64,000 nucleotides of DNA from Octopus bimaculoides. Its lineage: Eukaryota. The stretch lies in NCBI RefSeq assembly GCF_001194135.2, contig NC_068983.1, positions 149,312,051 to 149,376,050 of the forward strand. The letters run 5' to 3'. The notes below the pieces were generated by a model. The model saw nothing but the letters and a program-made list of their open reading frames with translations. It was not told the DNA's origin and made no database searches. Shown piece by piece: positions 39,186-52,400 of this stretch (position 1 is the stretch's first letter; each line of letters opens with the position of its first letter). Made by a program: the position numbers and the translations under genes.

Positions 39186-39582
39186 ATTGACTGTAACAGA
39201 AATGCATAAATTTAGACACCACATTGTGTTCCAATTCCTACACTATTGTAATGGGTTAAAATCTTGTCACATTCAATTGCATCTTCTATCTGACCATGGC
39301 TAAAAAATAAATACTAGTTATTTGGTCCAGGTCCATCCCAATCAAGGAGACCGATGAGTAAAAGCATTCTAGCTGTGACCATCCTGTCTTTTCAGACACA
39401 ATTTATCCCAGAGCACATTACCTAAAATGTCTTACCATGTATTTGTAAAGCTAGTAGGTTTCTAGCAGATTGACTGACACATAGGTGTTTCCTCTTAGAC
39501 TTGGATATTAGTATTACAGGGAAATCAGTTGATTAAATTTCCTCCAAAATATCTTGTACATAAGAAATCATCACCATTTTAA

Positions 39583-39803
39583 CCCTTTTGTTATCATATT
39601 TCTATTAAAATACTGTTTTTCTTTCAATTTATTTAAAAAAATAATGAGGAATATGGTAAAATAACTCCATCATTATTAAGTTGATCTTTGGAACATAATA
39701 TAACATGAAGTTTTAATAGCAAGTTTTAATTTTGATCACTTTAAAACCTAGAGTCTGTAACATTAAATCAAGGGTAGTCTTGGGTGGTTTGGTATCAAAA
39801 AGG
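39583..39803 (+). mobile_element. piggyBac-type MITE (TTAA TSD, CCCTTTTG TIR)
   Basis: TTAA|CCCTTTTGTTATCA ... GGTATCAAAAAGG|TTAA. Confidence 0.75.
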
Positions 39804-40679
39804 TTAAGTTTGCTTTTTATGATGGCATGGGTCACTACCATCCAAGCCATCACTATTTGGAGATACTGCCCACTAGTGAGTCAGAGGACTATGCTTCACT
39901 TGTATGCTGTATGCAGTATTTGTGGTTTGCTCTTCATATCACCCACCGTTTTACAGGGTGTACTGGATGCATTTTATAATAGCACCAATACTAGAGAAGT
40001 TGCCTTGTAATCAGCAAGAAACCTTCTTCTCAAGCGTTGTCTTTGTTCATTCCAGATAGTACAGCTAATAGTGTAACTAGAAGAGAAGGCAGTCGAGAAA
40101 AAAAAATTAGAGTAACAATCAGAAAGAAGTGAGAGTATTATAGGGAAACAGAATGATTGGTATGACAAGTATGGAAAAGGGAGAGACTGGTGGGACACTA
40201 CTAGGAAGAGTAATGGATGAGAAATAGTAATGGCAAAGTGTAAAGAGACACAGCAAATTGCAGACAGTAATGAGAGAGAGAGAGAGAGACTAATGACAGC
40301 TATGTTTGTTTGCAAGGGAGCATGATGAATGTCAACAGTGAGGGATCTGAGGGAGAATGAGAGGTTAGCTACTAAAGAAAGGGTGATGAAATGAAAAAGT
40401 GAATAATGGTAAAATTTGACAAAACAATATAGTTTTCTGTCTCACAAAGACCAGTAAAATAAGCACCAGGCATGTGTAGGAGACCAATTCTAAGTATTGT
40501 TTGCAAGAAATCCTAATTTGATTGAGAGTAAGCAGTAAGCTTTTAGCTAGAAAAGTTTATAACTATCAATTTCTATCCAATGATGTTACTTAATTTACAC
40601 TGCTAATAACAATAAAAAAAAATCACAATATCATCAATGTTAGGAATTATTATTTGGTTTCTGAACTCTATCCTATCAT

Positions 40680-42170
40680 TTGTCCATTTTTTATGCTTGC
40701 ATGGGTTGGACTGGTCTTCTCCAGCACAGTGTCTTGTCATATGTTGAGGTGCATCATTGTCTCTTTTGTAATAAAAAATTTTTTTTAAATCAATATTCTG
40801 AAATAAGCTTTCACTACTTCTTCCTTCCAGTTGGATTACTTGGTCTTTCTTTACCTAGCTATCATCTTTCATATACATCACAGGTCTGAATCAAGTTGAC
40901 CACCTCACGAGTACATTACACCTAATTTTTCTCTGAATTCATTTGTACTCCATCTTTCAAACAAAATAACAATTCGCACCCAGTGGGTCATGCTCTCCTC
41001 ATTTTTTTCAGTTTCACTACCATGCAATTATATATCATACAATCTGTCTTTTATTCATAGATAATCCCTTTGTTGTATCTAGACATGATAGTTCTATAAA
41101 CTTTTCTCTACTCCATCTTTACTGTAACCGCCATGCGTCTGGAACATCTACCTCCATTACCTAGATCATCTAAATTACAAAACAATCAACAACTTCTAGG
41201 TTGCCTTCTGGGCATTTAAAAGAATTCCATTGAAGGAAGCTCTTCTGACTCCTCCCATACATCTGCTACATATAAATTCCTTCTGTCAGCCTGCCTCTGA
41301 TCCTATTGTATCACTTGTGCACCTCTAATTTACATTGGGTACACCGCATGTCATTTTGACCAAATACTTTTCTGCATATTGAGCCTCATCAATACCCAGA
41401 TGGCACTGGAGTTCTGCATTCTTGCTAATTAAGACTGTCCTTAGTAGATTTGCTTTTAGCCCTCTTGGTTAATTGACCACTTCCATGTTTGAATGTTTTT
41501 CTCCCATCATTTGATTGATTTAGTTGAGAGTACATCTTAAGTACACAGGAGTTTTCACAGATAGCCAGTCTTAAACTCTTCTTGAACCTAGAGAACTATA
41601 ATAAACATGATGTGGCTGAAAACCAAGATTTGATAAACATTGATTTGCTTTCTTTACTGAACTAACTCTCTCCTTTCTGATAGTAGCCTTACATAGCTCT
41701 CACAAGCCATTTATTTACACCCAGGTTTCCAAATGCCTTTCAGACCTCAGATTGTGGCCATTTCAAAATCAACAAGTGACTTGCTCTTACTTCTGTAGGA
41801 GGGAACAAACCTAAACTGTACCTTTTTCTAATTAGTTGTTACAACTCTGTTACTTTTCCATTTTGGTTCATCAATTTTGTCTTTATAGTTACTTCTTTCA
41901 AGAGCATCTTCTGTGCCCTTGTAACATGAAATTATTGCTAAACATTGGAGACACCAGTGTACTACCTAACTGATCATCTAAATAACTAGTAGGTTCCTAC
42001 CTCACTATTTTCAGCATCTCAGTGACTATCCTTGATAGCCCAGCTGTTTTCTCAGCTTTCATACACTCAATCGTTCTTTCAACATCATTTCACCATCAAC
42101 TTCAATAGCTAGTCCTTTTGTAGAGTCTATTCAGTTAGTCCTTATCTCCCTCATATATTCTTCTCAACCT
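40680..42170 (-). mobile_element. Degenerate RTE-clade LINE (RT C-terminal half and 3' end)
   Basis: Antisense fragments resembling RTE RT C-terminal motifs (MLRWMC-like near 40980-41000); ends in the tail shared with other copies (40680-40720). Confidence 0.55.
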
Positions 42171-42666
42171 TTCTTGAGTAGCCTTTATTAGGGTGATAGG
42201 TTTAGACTATCATTCAAGAAGGCTACAGCAGAATTTGAACTTAGAATGCAAAGAGCTGAAACAAATACTGAAAAATTCTCATGATTCTATATCTTAGACT
42301 GGTATTTTATAGATCCCAGAAAGATGAAAAGTAAAGCTGACCTCAGTAGGATTTTCTTACAAAACACAAGGAGCCAGACTGCAAGGCAATTTGGCCAATG
42401 CTAAAATGATTCTGCCAGTAGTTATGAGTTGGAGACATTAGACTACTGTATTGAATTACCCATTCTTAAAGTCACTGTAAGGACTTTTAGCATAACTATA
42501 AGATATGACACCTTAACAATAGCTACATCCCCCCCTACTAAGTGTCATAAAGATAGTTTCAAGCTAACCCTCTCTGCATTGTACCATGAGACAGCCTCCT
42601 CACTAGCCATCACCCCTCCCATCTTTAAAGACTGCATCATAATTTGTGAATGTTATATGAAAGATA

Positions 42667-42707
<41 letters not shown>

Positions 42708-44832
42708 GCCACTTCAACATCAAGCTTACATATCACAAAAGGAGAAAATTAACATACATTCAGATTAATAACAATTCTAGTAATTGTGGTATGATCAAAC
42801 ACCAATACCACACAATCACCACAGTTGTTTCTAGGAGGACATGCAGCTCCTGCTAAAATATCAAACACATCAACATACACAACATAAACACACACACAAC
42901 TAACTTTATATTTTAACTAACAATGACAATAATGTTAATTACAATTCACTTGTAATCTTTAATGAAATACCTTTCTTCTTCAAAATCTATTTCGTGATTT
43001 TTTTATTTACTTATAATTATGACAATGCATCTTAACTGTTTTTAGTACATGCACTGCAAGCTACATACATAAAATTATTGGCTAAAACTTTAATGTCAAA
43101 ATTTTTAGATATCATAAACCCAAATTTGAAGCAGACAAAGAGCCACAGAACCATATATCTCTTGCTTGGTAGTCACTAAGCAAACATTAGATATGCAATT
43201 TAGATCCTGTCAGTGGTCCTTTTCAATCTTCAATTGGTCCTTCCAATGTTTAATACCCAATATAAATTGCTTAACTAGATCCATGACAATGAGGAACTTG
43301 AAGATGACAAAGGTTATTTGAGATTTTGATTAAAAGTAAAATCAGGTACAAAATTTCACATTTCTAAATAAACAAATATTAGTCATCTCTAGAGCAGAGG
43401 CCTGCTGAAGTAGAGTTGATAATGACTTCCAAGGGAATAAAAACAACAGGGTTTTTTTTACAGCTGTACTAAAATAATACTTCATTAATTTAAGGCAATA
43501 TTTTAGTGAAAGCCTAGTTATTCATGAGATAAGTTATTAATCAGAAATCAAGTCTGTTGCCAAGAACATATAAAAAAATATTAGTAACATAATACAAATT
43601 ACTCATTCTTCAGCATGTCAAACCAAAAATTGGCACCAGCTTTTACAGAAATGTTTTGATCTAAATTCTGCTAGCAAGGTAAAGGCTTATGTCTATGCAA
43701 TCAAAAAATTCAATAATGATTGAAATAATAACGAAGATGGTAGAAAATACACAAGAATAGGTCATATTGAAAAACTGAATGATTATGTGGCCATAGATTG
43801 CAGAATGTTGGATATTTAGTAGAATTTGAAAAAATATCCACAATTTTGGTTGACTGATACAATGAGCTGATAACTGGAAAACAATGAGTTTTTATATAAA
43901 ACTGATGGAATCTTTACCTATTGTGAACATTACCTTAGTCTCAATTGGATTGATTTGTAAAGGTTTAATAACTCTGTCTACAGTGAACAAAATGATATTT
44001 AACCTTCTCACAAGCCCTTTGATAAAATGACATCAAAGGAAAACATCAAAAAAAAAAAAAATGATAGAAACTAGTGTGAAGGATCAAATAATTTTTCCAC
44101 AGCATGAATACGTAAATTAAATATCTATTCAGGGATTTATTAAAATAATTTTCTATTTAATCTTGCTAGTGAACCTCTTCTTTCCCACCTCAAATTCTAA
44201 TATAAATTCAATTGCCTGACCAGACCAATGTCAGAATATAAAAGGAGATACTCCAATATTGTGAGATCATCCTTACCTATGGGTTATCTCATCACATAGT
44301 GATATCTTTGCTTCTATTCTCAAAATCCAGACTGCTGTTTACCTAAAATTAGGTATCATTCCTATATCATGATTAAGGTATTAAAGGTACAAGGACACTA
44401 TAATTATTTTCCATTATTAATACTAACAGTTAGTAGTAGTGCAAAAAGCAAAACAGTTATAAAGTTTTAGGCACTGGATGACTGCTCATATGCAAATAGA
44501 TTTTAAACCTTGCTCTTTAGCAAGGTAGCTAACTCTGTTTGCCTAGTTGAACAAAAACTTCCACATCGCTAGACGTGGAACTGTTACACAGGTTGCTGTA
44601 GAAAAAGTATTAAAATAAATTGGGTATCAATTTCTTCAGTGAAGATAGCCAAGAAAGCTTACATGTAGACTGATTATTTATTGTATTTAGTCTTACTGCA
44701 CTGTTTTGAATTCAACTTTCTGAAATGCCAACTCTGATTTTCAATCTCCAAGTATCGGTAAGACACTGGTGTCAACTAATAGTAACTATTGAATATTATC
44801 ACCTCTTTCAAAAGGGGTCATATGATCATTAA

Positions 44833-45359
44833 CCCTTTTGATACCAACCTGCCTGAGAATGCCCCTAGTTTTATGATACAACGTTTCAATTTTAAAGTGA
44901 TTTAAATTAAAAACTCCTATCAAAACCTCATGTTAATTTATGTTCCAAACACCAGCTTTAAAATGACAGGTATTTTAATAAATAAAACAAAGGTAGTGTA
45001 TTTCAACATAAATACGGTAATGTGAAGGTGCGTGGCTTAGTGGTTAGGGCATTCGGCTCATGATCGTAAGGCCACGAGTTCGATTCCCGGCGACACGTTG
45101 TGTCCTTGAGCAAGACACTTTATTTCATGTTGCTCCAGTCCACTCAGCTGGCAAAAATGAGTAGTACCTGTATTTCAAAGGGCCAGCCTTGTTATACTAT
45201 GTGTCACGCTGAGTCTCCTTGAGAACTACGTTAAGGGTACACGTGTCTGTGGATTGCTCAGTCACTTGCATCTTAATTTCATGAGCAGACTGTTCCGTTG
45301 ATCGTATCAGCTGGGACCCTCGTCGTCATAACCAACGGAGTGCTCCTTAAATGAAAAGG
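44833..45359 (-). mobile_element. piggyBac-type MITE interrupted by a SINE
   Basis: TTAA|CCCTTTTGATACCAACC at 44833; terminal GAAAAGG|TTAA resumes after the SINE at about 45351-45363. Confidence 0.65.
45023..45347 (+). mobile_element. Young tRNA-derived SINE
   Basis: TGGCTTAGTGG and GAGTTCGATTCCC boxes; CpG largely intact. Confidence 0.88.
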
Positions 45360-46345
45360 TTAAAAAGCAATCGATGCTGTACATTGTGGAAGAACATCAA
45401 ACTTTCAGTATATTACTTTAAGCTTTTTATTGAACAACTAGAGGTTAACTTTTGCTTTCATACCTCATTTGATAAAATAAACACCAGTAGATTACATGCT
45501 AGTACGGATTGGAGGGGTTTACCATACTATCATTACTCATTTTATTCTTTCATAATCATTTGAAGTTGATTCAATTGATCCTATACTCCTACAAATGCAC
45601 TATATCATTGGCTTATCTACTAAAAGTGTGGCGTGCAACAAAAACTTCAAATATCTGTATAGTTTGTATTCAACTTTCCAGTTCATAGCATCCATCAAAA
45701 GATGATTTATTGATTTCAGAGGAAGACAGAAAATAATAGTCATGAGGTTATTGGTTTTATGTATATGAAAGGATGTACAATTATTAGCATGATAATTTAG
45801 CAAGAATTTTCATGTGTCAGCACAAATTTGCATGGAAAAGTACAACTGAGTATATACTTTTAGATAATTAAAGACAAATTGTAATGATAAATACCAATGT
45901 GAACAGTTCAACAAATATTGATTTTTATGAAATCTGCCTTTTTAACAGGTTATACCATAATATATATCCTATTAAATATAGACATGAACATTGAAATGTG
46001 TTTGGATGTCAAATAAGAGAAAGAAAAAGTAGGCATTCTGAAGTGTCTTTTTTTCTTCTTTCTTTTTATCTTCCCATTACATATATTTCTGTTCTTATGC
46101 TTACATCCAATGTAAAAAAAAAAAAAATGAATTAGATGAAATCTAAAAAAGGAAACCTAAATAGTTTCAAAGATATACTACATTCCATACTGAAACAAAA
46201 TTTGAAGTCAAAGATATGGTTTACGTATATGAAGTTAAAGTCTCTTAAATTTAAGATGAGAAGTAAAATAGAAGATGGGAGATGATCTGTTTTTCAGTAG
46301 GATATTCACTTCACATATCTGGTCCATATTTTGTGTATAGAAAAA

Positions 46346-46438
46346 TCATTTCTTGTTCTCTGGTGTGCTTAATCCATATTTTGTTTTTATTTTATCAATA
46401 TCATCTTTCTTTTTGTCTTGGTCAATTCGTTTAAAAGC
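46346..46438 (-). CDS. SF3B6: SF3B6 exon 4 (terminal coding exon)
   Basis: tttttttttcag|GCTTTTAAA...AAATGA; [30 protein letters not shown] resembles the p14 C-terminus. Confidence 0.93.
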   Translation of the reverse strand, partial: AFKRIDQDKKKDDIDKIKTKYGLSTPENKK

Positions 46439-49400
46439 CTGAAAAAAAAATGTAGAGAATGATAAGATTTATGTAAAAATTTAAGAAAATATATTTTAAA
46501 GAAGACAAACAGAGAAACAATTGTTTTTTTTAAATGAAATTAACTTAGTGTTATCTTTAGGTAGATGATTTGCTTCTTAAAAATTAGTCTTCTGGTTTAT
46601 AGTGATGGAACATACAAAGCAGTACAAATCAGAAGTTTATTAAAGATAGGCAACTTGAAAAGAAGAGCCTTTTATAAAGCGTTAAAACACAATGGCTAAA
46701 GACTCAGAGATACATATATACATACACAAGCATAAACGTGTGTGTATATCTATGTGTATTTTGTATGCATTTCACTTGTATTTATACAAGCCAACATTAA
46801 GAGAGAAATCTTTTGCTAACATAAGCAACAGATATCTGGGCACCTTCCATCCCTTAACTGATCTGGTAATTATGCTTTCATTACAGCCACGACCAGTACT
46901 AATTAGCTCAGGTAGGTAAGAAAATCTAGTGAACCAACTCAACACATGGTGAGTGTCTGGTTCTCTATACAATATATCTTTTAACCTAGATCTCATAGTT
47001 GAAAATGGTATGCTATGCCAGTAATTTTCAGAGTAATATCTTCATGCACAACTAGATTTACTGAGTAAATTTAGTTGTGCAAATATAAACTTGCCTATCA
47101 AAATGCTTTCATTAGGATGCAGTCTATAGAGTGTACTTGAATTATACAGAATTACATCTATCAACAGAATAAGCTGTACAATATAGCAGACATATCAATG
47201 TTGTGTGTAGCTGAAATGTAGGAAACAATTTTCAGTGTTGTACTCAACCTCAAGATCTATTAAATATTTAATTTGAGTACAATTGGAAATTTTATGAGAT
47301 TTGAATAAGTTTAAAACTACACATATATATTTTGTGCTAGTGTGTTGTTAGTGCAATATTAAAATTTATATTTGTATTCATTTCTCAACATAGTCAATTT
47401 TTTAAAATTAAGCCACAATTTTCTGTATCTAATCAGTAAAATATAAACCACTGAGAAAAAAAGAATCAACATTTAATTTTAAGCACACAACACAAGCACA
47501 AATTTATAAATTATTTCAAAATTATCTAAATCTCTTAAGATGTTTAATTGCTCTCTAATTAGAAATAATTAAATGTTTTCGAGCTCTCAAGATTCAGGGT
47601 AACAGAATGAAACAAAACAACCCGAAAGAAAAAAAGGAAAAGTGGAGTAGTCATGACAAAACACTGTGTTGAAATACTGATCAAGAGTAAAACATCAGAT
47701 ACATAACAGAGTTATGCCCCTTAATCTAAGCACATTTCCAATTTCTTTTCTCGGTAGTTGAGGCAATGAAGGCGTGTAGATTAGTGGTATGGGCTCAAGA
47801 TCGTGTGGTCGTGAATTCGATACTAAACGGCGCATTGTGTGGTTGAGCAAAACACTTTATTTCACGTTGTTCTAGTTGATTCAGCTGGAAAAATTGAATA
47901 GTACCTGAATTTCATAAGGCTAGGCATGTCACATTCTGTTTATGCTGAATCTCTCTGAGAACTATGTTAAGGTTTAAAACACTCATTGTAAGCAACAGAG
48001 AGCCAGTTAGTAATAAAGATGGAGTGTTTAAGTTGGTAGTTAGATTCACTGTCCAACTAGCTGGTGTCAGACTAAGGAAGGATTAGCAGAACAATGGTTT
48101 ACAACAGAAGGAAGCAGAGAATGCTTCACCATGAATACCACAAACATATGAGATCAAATCTTTGGCGAATAGTAAAACAGAGTAGTTGTTGCATAGTCAG
48201 TGGTGACAGCTGTACTTCATTTGGAGTGGTAACAGAAAGGAAAAGCATACTATGTGAGCCAAACGCAATTGAAACATTCATTAATAACATCAATGGTACT
48301 TGACACTGTTTGATGGGACATTGTTATTGTCTGAATCATTGTGATTTTTTTGTTGACAAATGAAGGAAATGTCTCATATTACAAACTTGAAGTGAAATAA
48401 CAAACTTTCATGTTCATCTTTGACCTACTTTTTACTTTCCAGAAGTGATAGTTCACAATAAGATGTTGAATTGGCAAAGCAAAGTCATTAGAGCACTGGA
48501 TAGACTGCTGAGCAGCGTATTTTCCAACACTTTCTTCTCTGGCTTAAAATTCTACCAAGATCAACCCTGTTTTTCTTGAGGCAGTGGGAGCTGTTACAGT
48601 GTCAAAAAAGATGCTTTCCAATATCTGCATCAGCTCTTTGGTATTTTCAGACAGCAACACAGATGCAAGCTGTGTTGGCTTTGGCCTTACAGAAAGGTCC
48701 CCCTTGGATAAAACTGGTATAGTGGAGATGGAAAACTTGCATGCATGAGTAACTGCTGGGCTTCTAACATAAAAGGAAAAATGCTCAGGCTTGTGTTCAT
48801 AGGTATCAATACATCATCAACCCTGGTGGAGAGACCTAACCATGGCAAAGTCAGCACTCTCACTAGATCTAATATTGCATTTGACAAGATCCCTATCAAT
48901 TTAGGAAATTTCTCCTCCATCATGATATGGCTTTATTGTTGTGATTCAAAAAAGGGTAGCCAGTGGTATATCAAAATTAATCTTTCAGAATATAAAATGC
49001 AACCAGCTGTAAACTTCATATTCTTGCAATTTGACATTCAATATTATTTTTTATGTGGAAAATGAACAATTAGAAATCATAAAACAAACAAAAAGTGAAA
49101 TCCAACATACATATTTCTTTTGCTAGTGATTATATTCATAGTGAGACAACCAGAGGATATTACAATGACTATGGTCAATAGTTAAGCTTAACCTTGTCGC
49201 CATTTGGCTTCATAATGATAGAATATTGAAAAAAATAATAACAATGAATAAATTCTCACCTTCACTGCTTGATAATATAGTACCACAAGGTACCTGTTGC
49301 ATACATTGAAACCAGATAAATGATCACAAGCATTCTTTGCATCAAATATATCTTCATATACTACATATGCAGTTCCTCGGGTTTCAGCTGTATTACCACT

Positions 49401-52400
49401 GGAAAATAAAATGGTTAAATTTTTAAGTTTTGATGTTCCAATATTTGCATGCTGAACTGAAACCAGTAAATCTTAGACTATGAAAAATGTTATTCCTTCT
49501 CTCTCTCTTCCTTATTAGATATAAACCTATTTCCAGTATCACCCAGCTCAATTTCAGATATTTCAATATCCGTGGATGACAGAATCAGTAACATCAGACT
49601 CACAGTATTCAGTTATGCCCATAGTACAAATTCTGCTGGGGTTGACTATTTTTCATTCTTCCAGGACTAATAAAATAGTAATATATTGGCAGTCAATTCA
49701 GACCTCTATATCGTCCTTACAATTGTGTGTCCTTATGCCAATGCATGAAGTAAATATATGTAAATTCAGAAAAATAACACCCAAAATGATATTCCTTTGC
49801 AGAATTATTAAAACCATTTTTGTTGTTGCTGCTGCTGCTGCTGCTGATGATGATGATGATTATGATATAGTATGAGAGTCTTGTAAAAAAACTACTTGTT
49901 AGTTGGATCTATGAAAGATAGCTAGATGCTTATTGGCAAACTAAGTAAATGAAAGATAAATTGTAACTCTGGATGAATAGCTTGTCCATCGCAAGTTAAC
50001 TTCCCAAATACACAGGTGTAAACAAACAAACATAGATGATTGGTAAAATGTTGAAGTAAATAGAATGAAGTACCTAGTAGAACATTTAAACTACATGCTA
50101 AATGTGTGTATTAAGTCAATTAGTCAAAGAGACTAAGATTTAAGTGGTTGGAAAAAAAAAACACAAAAATTTAAGAATGTTATTTTCGAAACAAATTTAT
50201 AAAGCAAACAAAATTTGATTAAAACAAATTATTCCCTTATTTGTCTCAATGACTTTTGAATGGTAAAAACTATTCCACTCTATGGAAATTTCAGTGAAAT
50301 GAACCATTGTAAATTGTCTTCAATATTCTGAAGCATACACACGCACTGACTTATTGAATTTTCACTCAAGTTTTACAGTAGAGGATTCTGCATGCAAATT
50401 TTGATAGTTCATGAGCAAAATCAATAGAATCAATGTTATAAAACAATATTCCATAGGATATCAGGTTAACATAGGTAAATAATAACTAAAACGATTTATT
50501 ACAGCTGCTGCTGAGAACACTCATAGTAATGATTATTTACCTATGGACAATTAGAAATTCTTTTTTTTACAATACAGGTAAATTTAAAAGTAAAAACAGG
50601 AAACTATATACCAATGTACAATAATTTCAGTTGCTGCAATTCTAAATGATATAAGTAAAACTGAGAGGAAAGATAAGATAAAAAAAAGAGCTTGATAAAG
50701 TTTGAGAGAACTGACATAAATTAGCAGCAAGAAGATAGATGACAAAAACATCAGTGATACAATTAATATTATTTGATTAATATTTAAATTCTGGTTCACT
50801 TACATTCTTTTTGGGCATATTGTTTTAGAATTAGCTAATGAAGATTTGTTCCTTGAAGACTTAATTGGCACACCTAAATTTAACTTTACTACATATTTAA
50901 AGTACTTTCAATCACATCTGCCACACTGTAGAACACTACTACAATATCGTCAGGACATTATCTATCCCACCCAATCCAAAACAACACAAAACAAATATAT
51001 AAACATCAAAATAGCTGTCAGCATTAATCATTCCACTAATCCTAATCCCTGCACTGGGATGTAAAACACTGAAAATAGGTGCTAAAGAGAAAACACTGTA
51101 ACTCCCCGACCAAGCTCATCTCACCGTTCTCTGTTGTGGCTACCAGACCAATACAACAATTGATTTAACACTGGCAGAAATGTAACGTGTCCATGCTGCT
51201 ACAATGTCATCTGTACTATAAACTATTATAAATTTCAGTGCAATGTGGACTTCAGCTACATGAAGACATAGTACATCTGGAATGCTAGTTCCATTGGTCA
51301 CACCCATACATTTAACTAATTAGCTACATGCTAAAGAGGGATAATTGGGGGTTATATAACAAAAACAGTAGTTTGTCAAAAAAGTATTTCCAACCATCAA
51401 GGAAATCAGTCAATGATACCAATCTGTAACATAAGACATGCTATCAAAACTAAGACTAGCTGTTTATGTTTTCATGTATTTTCACCAAGTCAACTGGTTA
51501 CATTGATGCACACCACCCAACCCTCAATTTACAAGACATATAATGCAATAGACATAGAGTATGTGTCCTGAACTACAGGGATAACTGTTTGAAGTTCTCA
51601 TCTACACAACATCTTGGTACTTTTAAATATATAAGTAACAGTAAAGAAGAAATCTAGGAATACACAGTTTCTTTTTCATAACTACTGAAAACCTGAAGTA
51701 TACCTGAAATAGAAATAAAATAGCCATATATGGTATAGGACTGCAAGTTCAGAGGTCTCGTGTACAAAACCACTAAGCATCTAATTTTTGGTGATTAATC
51801 CCCAAGTCAGACTTCATTGAGCTTATAATCAAAGATATTCTAGTTGTGATAGTAAGGATTGTAGAGATGGTACACAAAAGTTTCAACTTCAAAACATCAA
51901 TTTATGGTAACACCAATGCTTCTATTTGCAATATGATTTGTAGTCATATCTCTAACATTGACCGAAAGTACTCAACATACATTACTGTTGTGAATCATCA
52001 GGTTACATCAAAGTTTGAGTTATACCTCTTACTTCTTTTTTATGTGTATTAAAGAAGTTACAATTAAGCAGAAAATAAATAAACTCAGATACATGACACT
52101 TCCCTTTCAAAGTTAAAGCATTGTTTGAATTTAAGATAATATAATATGAACGATTACATAAAATAAAATAAAAATGATACTGTAAAAGTTTGAAGAGTTT
52201 ATCTCTACAAACTTTATTAAAGAAACATTACATAATAGGAACAAAATAATAAAAAAAATTTCAAAAATAAAACTGTTTCCACCAGATCATCCTTCATACA
52301 GTCATTAAATCTTATTTAGTTAGTGGAGAAAAAGTCAAATGAGTGTCTGTAAAATTTGGAAATTCTAATGCACTATATTACAATTTATATTAATCAGAAC

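Noticed and set aside
48030-48930. ORFs 48094-48303, 48687-48923 and 48745-49065
   Set aside because: No recognisable host-protein similarity; at most faint LINE RT/endonuclease remnants
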